A DNA stretch of 63,093 nt, filler included, from Asterionella formosa (lineage: Eukaryota), in assembly GCA_002256025.1 (NCBI GenBank). It is 17 parts of 17 records of this genome, joined end to end, with 100 filler letters (N's around TTAATTAATTAA, not from the genome) between each part and the next. Parts side by side here need not be neighbours in the genome. Positions count along the whole stretch, not along the records: positions 34,821 to 36,750 come from NKIB01000832.1; positions 36,851 to 38,779 come from NKIB01000833.1; positions 38,880 to 40,808 come from NKIB01000834.1; positions 40,909 to 42,836 come from NKIB01000836.1; positions 42,937 to 44,863 come from NKIB01000837.1; positions 44,964 to 46,890 come from NKIB01000838.1; positions 46,991 to 48,916 come from NKIB01000839.1; 10 more parts are not named here. One strand, 5' to 3'. The notes beneath the pieces are model-generated. The model was not told the DNA's origin and did not search any database. It saw only the letters and a list, made by a program, of their open reading frames with translations. This document shows positions 36,137 through 49,016 of the stretch, in pieces; position 1 is the stretch's first letter, and each line of letters starts with the position of its first letter. The position numbers and the translations under genes are program-made.

Positions 36137-36331
36137 TGAGCAATCCTGCACATCGATACAGATATATATAGAGTTGGGGTTATGTCAAATATATCGGAAT
36201 TCAATAATGAGAGAACTCGACTAACACCCATTCTATACTTTGATGTCAGTTCAGGAAATGAGTTATACATAAGGATTAATTAATAAGCTCATATATTCAA
36301 CAAATACTACTACTTCTAGTTAGATACTTCA
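36137..36331 (+). repeat. Ty3/gypsy 3' LTR (195 bp)
   Basis: Follows PPT GTGGGAGAG; TGA...TCA termini; homology with 20253-20451 ends at the same point. Confidence 0.8.
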
Positions 36332-37584
36332 CCTGGTACCTGAATGATGATAGCCATGATCCGCCCATGATAGTGTTTACTGGTATGGTACCTGGTAGGC
36401 CAGGCAAGTTCCGGTAATCGTGCTGAAACTAAACCTTTAGCTATCTTTATTCCATATTGAGTTTTTTATTTAAGCAAAATGACCGCAACTTGCAGGTACT
36501 TAACATACCAGTATTTATATTCGTGTGCGTGGTATCGGTACGCACATAAACAGCACAACCTACTACTGTGTTGAAATATATGGCGCTACTCTAGCGCGCT
36601 CCAGTACTGCCCTGGAATGACCGGTCAAGATCTTTCTCACGCCGCTCGTCTGCAGATTCTTCTGCTATATAAATCCTGTCTATTTCCGTTTAGACATTCC
36701 TCAGACTACCTAGTCTTCGGACACCTGTCGACATCAACAGCCTAACAGACNNNNNNNNNNNNNNNNNNNNNNNNNNNNNNNNNNNNNNNNNNNNTTAATT
36801 AATTAANNNNNNNNNNNNNNNNNNNNNNNNNNNNNNNNNNNNNNNNNNNNAGTGCGGAACGTGAAGACCAAAGCCGTAGGATTGGAGAGAGCACGACGGG
36901 AAAGGATGGAGAACATGGTGGATCAGTAAACAGGGACAAAAACGATCCTGTTGTCAAGATAAGTGTGAGAAGGAAATTAACAAAAATCGAGAAGTCATCT
37001 CTCTCATCATATTTTATGATATCATGCACCCCACAGATATTTGTTGGGTTGAATGCTTCCGTAATTCTTGATTCCATGATTCCAACTATTCCCTACCAAC
37101 CAATTTTGCGAAATACCGGTATACCAGTACATTTTTGGATTATGTAGTATTTTCCTATAAGATAGGGCTCCGGCAGTGTTCTACTCTGGACAGGTCAATA
37201 CTGTCCGGTATTCCTTCCTTGACCGTGATGAAAATATGGTTTGGAGAAAGACAAAAATTCTAAAAAGTAGTATACCGGTTGTCCCGGTACTGCCAAATTT
37301 TTGTAGAATGATTACCAACGGAGCAATGGAACCTTGCAGCATACGGTGGTGTCGTCCAAGAAATTCCACCACGTACCAGTGTACAGGACCAGGAAGGTCC
37401 GGTAATCAGTGCACACAGCGTGCAGGTTGCTCGTTTTCTGTTCATTGATTCACATAAGAGAAAAAGGAAGGGGTATACCCCAAAAATTGTCGAAACCCTA
37501 AATTCTGCGCCACTCCGATATTCTTTAAATAGTCGTTTACATAGACATTAAGCCGTTACTCATTTTATTGTCAAAATGAACTTG

Positions 37585-38140
37585 AAGTCAGCAGTCAGCG
37601 ATTTCATGTCAGCAGTCAGCAAAAGAAGTCAGCAGTCAGCAATTTTTTCAAATTTTCAGCGAATCAAGTCAGCAGTCAGTAGTTAGCAAGTTGAAGTCAG
37701 CATTTTATGATAGTACCATTACATGGTAGTAGCAATATCACAAAGTAGATAGCAATGAATTTTTTTAGGCATCAATGTCGATTTCACAGTTTATTATCAT
37801 GTACGGAGTACCAGGTACGTCTATGCTACTCCCAATAGTATAGTATGAACATAGAAAGCATCACTTTTAGTATCCCAACAACAACAAGATGATGCATTTC
37901 CATCATTATTTTAATATGAAAAGTAGACACGATTAGTACACCAGTAATGGTAGTTGGTCTCTTCCTACGTCAGCATGTCGAAGTTAGCAGTCAGCAAACA
38001 AAGTCAGCAGTCAGCAAACAAAGTCAGCAGTCAGCAAACAAAGTCAGCAGTCAGCGAATATTTCAAATTTTCAGCAAATCAAGTCAGCAGTTAGCAACAA
38101 GAAGTCTGCAGTCAGCAAGTTGAAGTTGGTAGTCAGCGAT
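37585..38140. repeat. AGTCAGC heptamer-based arrays (two blocks)
   Basis: Many (A)AGTCAGCAGTCAGC copies at 37585-37705 and 37968-38140, each block containing TTCAAATTTTCAGC.AATCAAGTCAGCAG. Confidence 0.8.
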
Positions 38141-38525
38141 TCTGCGGTGAAAGGTGGCAGCGCTTTTCCGTTTGAAAGTTTGTAACGGTTACAGGTAATC
38201 TAAATAAATTGAAATTAATTGAGATTTTCATCATTTCGGAATTGGTGAGCCGGACAGACTTCTTATTCACACCCTGAATTTTAGGTCAAACCGACACCTA
38301 AAAATTGGTCAGTACAAAATGTACACACGAGAATGACTTCTACCTCGGGCAGACCACACCCATCCATACAACCCTAATACAGAAAGCACTGATATTATGC
38401 TTCACCTCGTGAAATTTCAATATATAGCTAATATAGTACCGGTATGTCTACTTCAATAATTGAATAGCATTTATATGAATTTTTACGATAATTAATTCAC
38501 CTAAACCTCTTGACCAACTCCATGT

Positions 38526-38779
38526 TCAAAGGCATTGCTTGTCAGTAATCTGATTGGTACTGAAGAAATACGGCTTTGCACCAACACGAACCTTGTTAGG
38601 CATGATTCTGAGATAGGTAGGCCACTTTGTGCGCTCTAGATGCCGGCGTCGTCCCTTTGGAGTAAATGTAGGAACTCCCAATGAACTAGCCACAATATCA
38701 AATGCTTTCCTACAATGCAAATCTGACATCTCCTGATGTAGCAACCCTTTTTCATGTGCAGCCAAATCTAACCTCCTCA
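38526..38779 (-). pseudogene. C-terminal fragment of a probable transposon protein
   Basis: ORF runs off the contig edge; ends GRRRHLERTKWPTY; lies just upstream of a TE-terminus-like repeat. Confidence 0.35.
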
Positions 38780-38879
38780 NNNNNNNNNNNNNNNNNNNNN
38801 NNNNNNNNNNNNNNNNNNNNNNNTTAATTAATTAANNNNNNNNNNNNNNNNNNNNNNNNNNNNNNNNNNNNNNNNNNNN

Positions 38880-40808
38880 GATATTGAATATTGTCTGTCA
38901 AGATGGGATGATTAAGGAAACATGTAAGCAGAGGTTCATCATCTAATTCAATTGAAAAAGTAGAAGTGGAAGTTGATGTTGGAGATTTCGGTCCAATATC
39001 AATATCATCCTCCACCAAAGACTCAAGCCTCGGGAGGCGAGAGATGGAATCTGCAATAGCATTGTCAGTCCCTTTCACATAATGAAAAGTAGGATGGTAT
39101 TCTTCAATGTAAAGTCGCCATCGTAGAACACGTTGTGTATGTAATGTATTATAAATAAGATTTCGATGATCAGTGTGAACATGTAGAACTGCGCCCAATA
39201 ACATAGAGCGAAATTCTTTGAAAGTTTCTACCACAGAAAGTAATTCTTTTTCAATAGTAGTATAATTCTTTTGAGCAGCAGATAATTTGCGAGAATAATA
39301 AGCAACTGGGAGATCATTTTGCATAATGACCGACCCTAATTGATAATCAGAGGCATCAGTAAAGATATGAAAAGGGAGATTATGGTCAGGATAACGCATG
39401 AGTGTATCTGCAACTAACAATGCTTTCATTTCTTCAAAAGCTTGTTGATGGATAGGTAACCAGACAAAGGGACTAGTTCCAATTAAATCCGTAAGTGGTC
39501 CAAGAACATGCGATCGTCTAGGAAACATGTCTCGATAGTAAGTAACAGCACCGAGAAATGATCGAACTTGTTTAAGATTGGTAGGTGAAGACATATTAAT
39601 CAATGCTCGGACTTTTTTAGACCAAGGTTTCAGTCCATTAGGAGTTAACCAATAGCCTAACCAATCTGTCTCTTGGACGGCCCATTCACACTTAGATGGA
39701 TTAATTGTAAAACCATTTATCTGTAAACGATGTAAAATAGTGTCCAATAAATGAAGGTGATCTGAAAAATTCATTGAAAAACAACCCACATCATCAATAT
39801 AAATTTCCACATCATCTAAATCACTAAGGATCTGTTCCATAGTTTCTTGTGCAATGTCAGATGATTGTTTCACCCCCATAGGCAGGCGTAAATATTTATA
39901 TAAACCAAATGGAGTTGAAATAACACACAAGTTTTGACTCTCCACATCCAATGCAAAAGTATAGTATTGCATGGAAACATCCAATTTGGTGAAAAATACA
40001 TATCCAGCACGTTTAGTGAGAATAGTTTGTATTCGAGGCAAAGGATATATATTGCGATTGATGACTTTATTAAGTTCACGAAAATCTGATACCCATCGGA
40101 CACTTCCATCCTTTTTTGGAATAATAAAAGTGGGAGATGCCCATTTAGAAGCACCACATTTTTGTAGGACTCCAATATCACATAATCGTTGTAATTCAGT
40201 TTTGAAAACTTCTAAATGAATATGAGCGACCGGATATGCTCGTTGATGACGAGGGACAGCATTTGATAATAATTCCAAATGTACCTGTTTGTGAGGATAG
40301 ACTTTTAATTTGCCATCAAATAATGTTTGATATTTAACCAATATAGATCGTAAACATGATCGTTGTATTGTTGTCAAATGTATTTGTTTATCCACCACTG
40401 TATCAATATTTATATAATTATATTCAGCAGCTTTAATTTCCAGCGCATATGAAGATTCCACAATCATAGGTGCATCGAAATATAATAATACATCTTGTAA
40501 ACGTTCTCTATCATCAAAGAATGTGAGCGGATGCATAGGAACGATCATATCCATACAGGACATGGTGTTATTTACGAAATCAATGGTTAAACCAACTTGA
40601 CGGAGCATAACCCGTTCATGTATTAAGGATAATGATCCTCCACTATCGAATAATACTCGTAGTATTTTATGTATCGGTATATTATCCACCAATTTTGGCG
40701 CTAAAAGGGACATCGGAATCAAATCAATTGATGTTAATATATCCTTAGAAGTAAAACAAGAAACCGGAATTGGTCCCTGATATGTATGTGGAACATCATG
40801 TCCATCAA
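38880..40808 (-). CDS. Ty3/gypsy Pol, protease-RT-RNase H part (partial)
   Basis: LFDSGG protease motif, WASPTFIIPKKDG, YIDD, TDASDYQLG, NYTTIEKEL, TDHRNL; 127-bp overlap with the integrase contig. Confidence 0.93.
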
Positions 40809-40909
40809 NNNNNNNNNNNNNNNNNNNNNNNNNNNNNNNNNNNNNNNNNNNNTTAATTAATTAANNNNNNNNNNNNNNNNNNNNNNNNNNNNNNNNNNNN
40901 NNNNNNNNA

Positions 40910-41467
40910 AAGCTGGATCTGCCAAATGTAAAACCATTTTGGCATATGATAAAGTCCTTGTTACTACCAGGTTACAATGATGTCTCCAGCAATAATGACA
41001 GAGTTATACCGCACACTGCCACTATGTTGTTCACCAATTCTGGAAAGAATGGCTATCCAAAACCTCAGAAACCACATCAAGATTATACACCAACAGAATG
41101 CGAAAGGGAAACACCTATGCCTTGGGGAATGATAATGTCGTTGTCTTTAGGAGGGAACTGCTTAAATGTATGGGATAACTGTGCAGATGAGAAAAATGCA
41201 ATACATTTGTCCATACCATTCAAATTCATCTTTCTCATGCGTGGAGATATAGTCCATGGAGGAGCTTTGGATAATAGTAAAAAAAATGGTGCTCTACGGA
41301 TTCATTTCTATTTATCGCCAGCTATAAAACAAAGAAATGGACACACTGTCGCCGAACTGAAACGACAAGATAACAACATACACACTGATGGATCAATATG
41401 CGGTTGTAACCAGAAATTTTCGTCATTCTTATTGCAACATGACGGAACAGGGTGGTCTAATTTATAA
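40910..41467 (+). CDS. 2-oxoglutarate/Fe(II) dioxygenase-like protein (5' partial)
   Basis: QKPHQDY (HxD), RGDIVHGG (distal His), LRIHFY (2OG-binding Arg); frame open to the contig edge. Confidence 0.6.
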   Translation, partial: KLDLPNVKPFWHMIKSLLLPGYNDVSSNNDRVIPHTATMLFTNSGKNGYPKPQKPHQDYTPTECERETPMPWGMIMSLSLGGNCLNVWDNCADEKNAIHLSIPFKFIFLMRGDIVHGGALDNSKKNGALRIHFYLSPAIKQRNGHTVAELKRQDNNIHTDGSICGCNQKFSSFLLQHDGTGWSNL

Positions 41468-41581
41468 TCTAATTTCACAATTTATGTAATTGAATTTTTT
41501 TATAATGTTGGACTCCATATGTATTTATTCAGTGGGGTAGTCGACAATTAAGCAAAAGTGTTAGAAGGCCTAACGCAGTTT

Positions 41582-42836
41582 TCATTCATAGACGAAGTCA
41601 TCCAAATTGCCAATTGGATCTCGCCTTGCAACATGCGAGATAATGTCACCTAGTTGCTGATTTTTAGTAGTCATACTTAATATACCCAAGTCATTCACAG
41701 GTGAGAAGGGGCTTGAGTTGGGAATATCATCTGACAATGGACTTGATGATGACATGAATCTACTCTTCTTTGAGTAATACTCATCCACAATGTTTTCACG
41801 TTTTCTGGTTCTCTGAGAAGACAGACTGTCAATCTGATTTGTAATAGATTCCAGTTTTCCATCTAAAATATCAAGCTTGGTTTGGATGTTTGCAAACATT
41901 ATATGTTCCAATGGGTATCTAGCTTGTTGTTGCAGAAGACCTTTCATCCGATCACGAGTGCATGCAGCAGATTGACTCAGACCAAACAATGCATTTCCCA
42001 CAATTGAATTGTTAATCAAATCTTCTGATAAAGCCAGTTTTGCTGCTTCTACTGATTCGTCCTCGACTTTCAGCTGGCCTCTGCTTCCAATGGAGCAATT
42101 AATTGACATATCAGAAGCACGACTGAAACTTCGTTCTTCTGCAACCAATTTTCTAGCTGATGCACGGCCTGCTGATTCTTTCTTGCCATTCTCAAAGACA
42201 CAATCCTTTGTTAGCAAGAGAATAGACTTGAACTCATCTCTAGCAAATGGTCCAAACAATTGAGTCCAATCCAGCCATGAAAATAATAATCCACAGGCAT
42301 CCCAACATCATCATTCAATGCCACAGCAGCACCCAAGATTTCCTCCTCATCATCATCCTCATCCTCATCCTCATCATTAGCTGGGTCGCTGTAGCTGGTT
42401 CGACCCTTCAGATATCGAAACATATGGTTTAATACATGGTTGTCATAGTCTTCAACATTGTTCCCGGAAGGCAAAGTCCCATCAGGGAGTAAAAATTGCG
42501 ACCCAAATGCTAAGGCCTTCTTCCAATTCAGCAGGGCATGCTGAGCCATCTTCGATAGAGTTCGACCAGTAATTAAAGTGGACATATTTTTCATTCCAGT
42601 GCCTGCAAGAGATCTTGTAGTGAATTGAGAGCCAACAACATATCTGTTTTGATACTCACGGGAATATCATTCTTTTAAGACCAAATCAAAGGCAGAAACA
42701 CGATCTGCATTTCTTTCTGGGATGTTGGTATTCAGCTCCTCTCTACTCCAAAGGTCTTCGAACTGACCCCTTCCCCTCAGCAGAGACTCCAAATATCCAA
42801 TGCTTCCTTTCACGGATGGATCGCCATGATAAAGTA
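41582..42836 (-). pseudogene. Acidic/coiled-coil probable transposon accessory gene, disrupted; intron 42603-42659
   Basis: GTGAGT...TTGCAG intron keeps frame; in-frame TGA just upstream of it; frameshift near 42260 between FHGW and LFGP. Confidence 0.5.
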
Positions 42837-44114
42837 NNNNNNNNNNNNNNNNNNNNNNNNNNNNNNNNNNNNNNNNNNNNTTAATTAATTAANNNNNNNN
42901 NNNNNNNNNNNNNNNNNNNNNNNNNNNNNNNNNNNNATTCAGTAGAAATACAGCAGCAGCTGGCAGCATGACAAACATCACGCCAAGGCACACTAACAAC
43001 TCATGATTTACGGAGCCCTGTTATCATATGACATTAACACAGAATCAGAAAGCATCAATACTCAATCCTGGATTCCATCCGAATGCTCCTGAATTGAAAG
43101 GGTTTGCTGCAATGTCAATTGAATCCTCGACTCAAATAAAAGAACTCTGCAATACAGTTGAATGGTGAGTGTGTTCTTGTTGTTTACCTAAATGCTAGTA
43201 TGGCGTGTCAGCTCACGCATTGTTGTTGACAACAGGCAGGGACAATGAGGTCCGGAATGAAAGTTGTTCTGGTAAGATTACTGCGCTATTTTGACGGCTA
43301 TATGAGCAACGCTACTGATAACTCACACTGATCTTCCTCTACATTCAATTGACATTGCAGCAAACCCTTTCAGTGCAGGAGCATTCGCATGCCGTTCCGA
43401 ATGAGCAGGCTTTATTTCATTAATGAAACTCTTCAATTTAGTTGAATGAGCTCCAGAAAATTACGTAAACAAATTTAACATATTAAGTGAACTTTATTCT
43501 ACAATTATGTGAACGAAATTACAGAATTACGTGAAGGATTTCAAATAATTATGTGAAGTATTTCAAATAATTATGTGAAGTATTTCAAATAATTATGTGA
43601 AGTATTTCAAATAATTATGTGAAGGTGATCACATAATATAGTGATGATCAGGAATGCATGCATGATACTTTGATCAAATATTTAACGTGATGTATTCAGA
43701 TAATATATAGACATGTTCAACTACGTATTTTGATGTATTCAACTAATTCATGTGATGCATTCAAAATCAAGTAGGCTTATTTACGTGATGGTCACTTCAC
43801 GTAATACGCGTCTTAGATGTAGCTACATGCAAATATGTATATGTCCCGTTGTCAGATGCTACATTTAGCAAACTGCTATAACCGGAAATTGGTTGACATA
43901 CTGTTAGATCGATGCTGGTAACTGATTTGTGGGTCTTGTTCAAACAAAAGAAATGGTATTTATATGTTCATATTGAATCTACATTGCTACATGTAGATTT
44001 ATTCTCTAGCCCAAAGGCATCTATATAGCAGTTTATCAGTGCGTAGTACTGGTATGTAATCTGGGTTCATGATGGGAAAACTTATAGTACTGATTATACT
44101 TTCCAGTGTACAGT

Positions 44115-44440
44115 ACATCTAATACATGTGGTTCAAGTGTGGCTGGCGTGATTTTACAAGATTCGGAGACTCAGCCAATCTGGAGCAGGTGAGTAAATTC
44201 AATTCAACCAATCAGAATATGTGTAGTGATGTGGGAACTTACAATGGAGTCTTTCTTTTGGACAGAGAATAATGCGGGCAAACATACCTATGCAAGACTC
44301 CTATGTCTATCAGAACGTTTTTGCATCTACAAATTCCGATTCCAATATTTTGGCGATAGGGTTGTCTTTTGGAGGAGGATTGCTCTACATCTGTGGGGTT
44401 TCACGAAGATTAAAATATCTAGCTGTGTACGCTATAAGGC
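44115..44440. repeat. Isolated arm of the 57124-58230 foldback family
   Basis: GCAGGTGAGTAAATTCAATTCAACCAATCAGAATATGTGTAGTGA and GGAGGAGGATTGCTCTACATCT shared with 57124-57430. Confidence 0.8.
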
Positions 44441-45567
44441 TAAGAAGCAACATTACTTCAACTTGCTACTACAAGCAATGTACCAGGGAGTACTGCACAT
44501 TCTTGTTCTAATGTAGCAGTAGACTTTCACTGTGCAAGTGTACATGATGTCGGGTTTCCTACATCCATATATACAAACAAGTACCTATCTGTACTCCGGG
44601 TATATATAGATTGTCATACAATTGTGACACTGCTGCTGCTATTGTTATTGGGCTGTATAATGGCCCGAGCATTTGTACAGTATTACCGTACAAGGGTACC
44701 TGTTACGAGTACCAGTGTACCGGTACTGGTACCAACTGCAATTGGTACTGCTAGTATACCGGTACATAGGAGATCATCTGCTTTTCTTATAATCATGATA
44801 TGAACGAACATAGCCAGACAACAATGCCTTTTGACGGAGATCCCGGTGTACCGGTACTCCTCANNNNNNNNNNNNNNNNNNNNNNNNNNNNNNNNNNNNN
44901 NNNNNNNTTAATTAATTAANNNNNNNNNNNNNNNNNNNNNNNNNNNNNNNNNNNNNNNNNNNNTTGCGTTTTTTTGTTTCTTACCAGTATAGTCATCAAC
45001 GATATTTGCCATGCTGCCAGCTTGATTCTCTGACACAGATATGTTGATCGTATTATATGTATATATACATTCAGTGATGGAGAATGTTTATATAAATATT
45101 TAGCGAATTCGAAAAGGAATCTATGTACGTACGCGAAAATTTCCACTGATTTAATTGTTTCAAATGGAATCACGTCATTCAAGAATAGCTAATAAAATTC
45201 TTAATTCCAGGGAATTTTGGCAACCCTAAGCAATATTTTAATTTTTGCCTAGGGGTTCAAATGCAGCAACCTTGAGGTCCGCAGCATGATAATTAGCATC
45301 TAGTATTCGTTTAATGCGTGAAGTGGCCTCAGTCGTGAGGACACCTACATTTAAGTTTAACATGAGCTCGTGGGCATGTTCTCTACCTCGTAGTGAACCA
45401 CGTTTTTTCATGGGGACGGAAATTCCTTCCCTTGTTAACTCGTGCCTCGTGAACGAAATGTCAATGGCGAGCGCGCTTTGGAGATCCCGTCCGATAAATC
45501 ATATCGTAGGATACGTCAGTAGCACATGTTGTGTCGTCTATGTGACAACTATATTGAATTGTTTTAT

Positions 45568-45933
45568 TCAAGAAGAATTCGAAGGCGATGCCTTGGCGAC
45601 AAGTTTTCGTAGCTTTTCCATTAGCTCTAATCGTTCGAAATACTCTGTCACTTCCTGCAGTGACATCGCACTGGGCTCGATATTGGCTGTCAGCATCGCC
45701 ACGTGCCATGCGAGAGGTTTGGCCCTATCGATTATCTCGATGAGCTCCTTGTTGGGAAGTTTTGCTGGTACACCATTTCCCGTGGGAAAATGTGTGAAAT
45801 TATTATTTAGTTCAATTAGACGGACTACTAAGGCTTTTATGCCGCCGTTACATAGTCTTAATTGATAACGCATATAAGTTTTCTGCTTAGAGAGCCCATC
45901 AAAAGGTATGAACCGGCTGTTTAGGGCTTCCAT
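45568..45933 (-). pseudogene. Ty3/gypsy Gag fragment
   Basis: QKTYMR..LR, RLIELNN....FP, ELIEII..A.P..W and YFERLE motifs of stramenopile gypsy Gag. Confidence 0.6.
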
Positions 45934-46990
45934 ATGGTAGGACTATTTGTACTATCTATGGTGGTAGATATTAAAGGTGGGTGCGTATATTTTGCTAAAA
46001 TGATCGAGGCACTTGTGCCGGTATCTAGTAGCACACGGAGTACGCATCTTATCCCATTTGCGCATGTAATTTCTGCAATCACTCATCGTTTTCGCTATCA
46101 TGATTGACTTCGGATGATTGGTCTGAGTCCCGTCCTGATTTGCCTATGCTCATCAGTTTGCAGAAGAAGCAAAGGAGGAAGAGATGGAAGCCATTGCATC
46201 GGAGGATTTGGCAGGAGCAATGCTCCCTCAAGATGCCAAGAAAAAGTATGTCGTTGGATCCAGCAAAGAAACTCCGTTAGCAGAGGAGGTGAAAGTGGCA
46301 GAAGAATGCCGCAGTTGTCGTGCCTCCTCAAGATGACAACGATACAGAAAACCGACTCGCTGTTGTTTTTCATCTTTTTGCGTTCCATAAAGATAAAGTC
46401 CTGTTTCTTCGAAGGATACTGGGGGATGCACTACTGGTAGCTATTGACACTGACACTGAAGCACCACGAGACGACTCTTTGCGGTGACGGATGAGCAATT
46501 CCGGCTATTGAGACAGGAAAGTGAACATCAGATCCGTCTTGGCTCGACCCGCCAGCAGAAACGTAAAGGAGGCATCATTCATGATACAACTCCTGCTGAT
46601 GCTGCAGTAAAACATGAAGAAGGAGCAAAAATACGCCGTAGTCGTCATGTTCATGTTCATATTCATGGTGAACAAAAGGGTACTACTCGACGAGAACTGA
46701 CATTGCAACATGCCGGAAGGGAGAAAGCTGTTGCTACTATAGCAACAACAGCAACAACAACAGCTACTACTTTCAATGAGGCATGAAATATCAATGAGAC
46801 TCGCCAGAAGTCGTTTCACAGGAAAAAGGAGAAAATAAGATACAAGCATTAACAAAGGAGTCAACCACAACCTCCTAGTGAAGTAGTCATNNNNNNNNNN
46901 NNNNNNNNNNNNNNNNNNNNNNNNNNNNNNNNNNTTAATTAATTAANNNNNNNNNNNNNNNNNNNNNNNNNNNNNNNNNNNNNNNNNNNN

Positions 46991-48916
46991 ATCACAGGCG
47001 AGACACCCGACATATCCGAATACTTGGATTTCGGGTTCTACGATTGGGTGTGGTACAAGGATAATGCAGGGGTTGGCGAAAACATGTTCCGGCGCTGGCT
47101 TGGTGTGTCTCACCGAGATGGTAACCTAATGTCATATGGGATTCTAACCATTGCTTGTCGCGTTATCTCTCGCACTACAGTGCAGTGTATCACTCACCTT
47201 GAACTGACAACTAGCAAGGTCAAATACAGATGCAAGGAGTACAATGAGAGGATAAAGGAAATCATGCATGACGACAACCACCAAAACGCAGGCGATGAGG
47301 AGGAGCAACAATTGCAGGATTGGGATGAATACTCGGATCTACAGGACGATCCAGTATTCGGCAAACAGATAAACAATGTTGTGAGCGATCACCAAATACC
47401 AGATGCCGATGACACCTTCACGCCCGATATTTTAGAGGATACATACCTCAACAAAGAGAAAGCGATAGCGAGGGGCGCTGGAGATGATAACGATGGTGTT
47501 CAATTCGGCAGAATCAACAAGAGATTGCGCGACGCCGATGGTAGACCTATCGGCAAGGCTCACGAAAATCCTTTGCTTGACACGAGAGAGTATGAGGTCG
47601 AGTTTTTTGACGGACACTCAGAGGCATTGTCTTCTAACCTTATTGCTCAGAATTTGTTTTCACAGATAGACGAGGAGGGCTAACAACACGTACTTCTCGA
47701 CGACATAGGCGGAATGCGATGGCACTCGACAAAGAGGACGCGTTCATCACAATGTCTAACGGTGTCAAGCGGCGGAGACAGACGACTCAAGGGTGGCAAC
47801 TCCTGTGCCAATGGAGGGACGGGAGTACCACTTGGGTCGCACTTAAGGATATGAAGCAATCGTACCCCATACAGGTGGTGGAATACTCAATTGCTAATCG
47901 TATTGATGACGAGGCAGCGTTTGCGTGGTGGGTGCCGACTCTTCTAAAGAAACGGGACCGAGTCCTAGCAAAGGTAAAGTCTAAGTATTGGCAGCGAACT
48001 CACAAATACGGTATACGGATACCGAAGTCCGTCGAAGAGGCGTTAGCGATTGATAAAGCCAATGGCAACACATTATGGTGGGACGCCATCTGCAAGGAAA
48101 TGAAAAACGTGCGACCGGCATTTGAAAAGTGGGAAAAGCGAGAGGGAGACCTTCCGCCAGGGTACCAAAAGATAAGGTGTCATTTCGTGTTCGACATCAA
48201 AATGGGCGAAAACTTTCGGCGTAAGGCGAGACTAGTTGCTGACGGCAGCCGGACGGAAACGCCCGCAGCCCTGACGTATTCGTCAGTTGTGTCGAGGGAC
48301 TCAGTGCGCATTGCCTTATTGATTGCTTCATTGAACGACTTACAACTTCTTGCTTGCGATATTCAAAACGCTTATCTAACCGCAGATTGCAGAGAGAAAA
48401 TTTACATAATTGCAGGGCCGGAATTAGGGTCAGAAGCGGGAGCTACCATGGTGGTGAAGAAAGCGCTGTATGGGCTCAAATCTAGCGGTGCGGCATTCAG
48501 AGCGCATCTCGCAGAAACCCTCCATGATTTGGGTTACTTGCCCACGAAAGGGGACCCTGATGTATGGATTCGACCGGCGGTAAAACCGGATGGGTTTGAG
48601 TATTACGAAATGATTCTTGTATATGTTGATGACATTCTTTGCATTTCAGCGCAGCCTAGAGCGACTATGAGCGGGATACAGTCGACCTTCAGATTGAAGG
48701 ATGATAAAGTCGAGAAGCCAGAAAATTACCTGGGAGCCCAGGTAATGCAGAAAATAGTCGACGGAGTTGAGTGTTGGGCCATGACTTCCGAGCAGTATGT
48801 CAAGGCGGCCATCGCCAACGTAGGGTTCAAACTCGACGAGTCGGGTCAGCGGCTTCCAACGAGGTGCAAAACCCCATTGCAGGGGAATTATAGACCGGAA
48901 CTGGATATTTCTGCCG
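46991..48916 (+). mobile_element. Ty1/copia (CoDi-type) Pol fragment, post-integrase linker plus RT, disrupted
   Basis: GRWLG-like RRWLGVSH, RKARLVA, CDIQNAYL, KALYGLKSSG, YVDD; stop at 47681 and frame change near 47710. Confidence 0.9.
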
Positions 48917-49016
48917 NNNNNNNNNNNNNNNNNNNNNNNNNNNNNNNNNNNNNNNNNNNNTTAATTAATTAANNNNNNNNNNNNNNNNNNNNNNNNNNNN
49001 NNNNNNNNNNNNNNNN

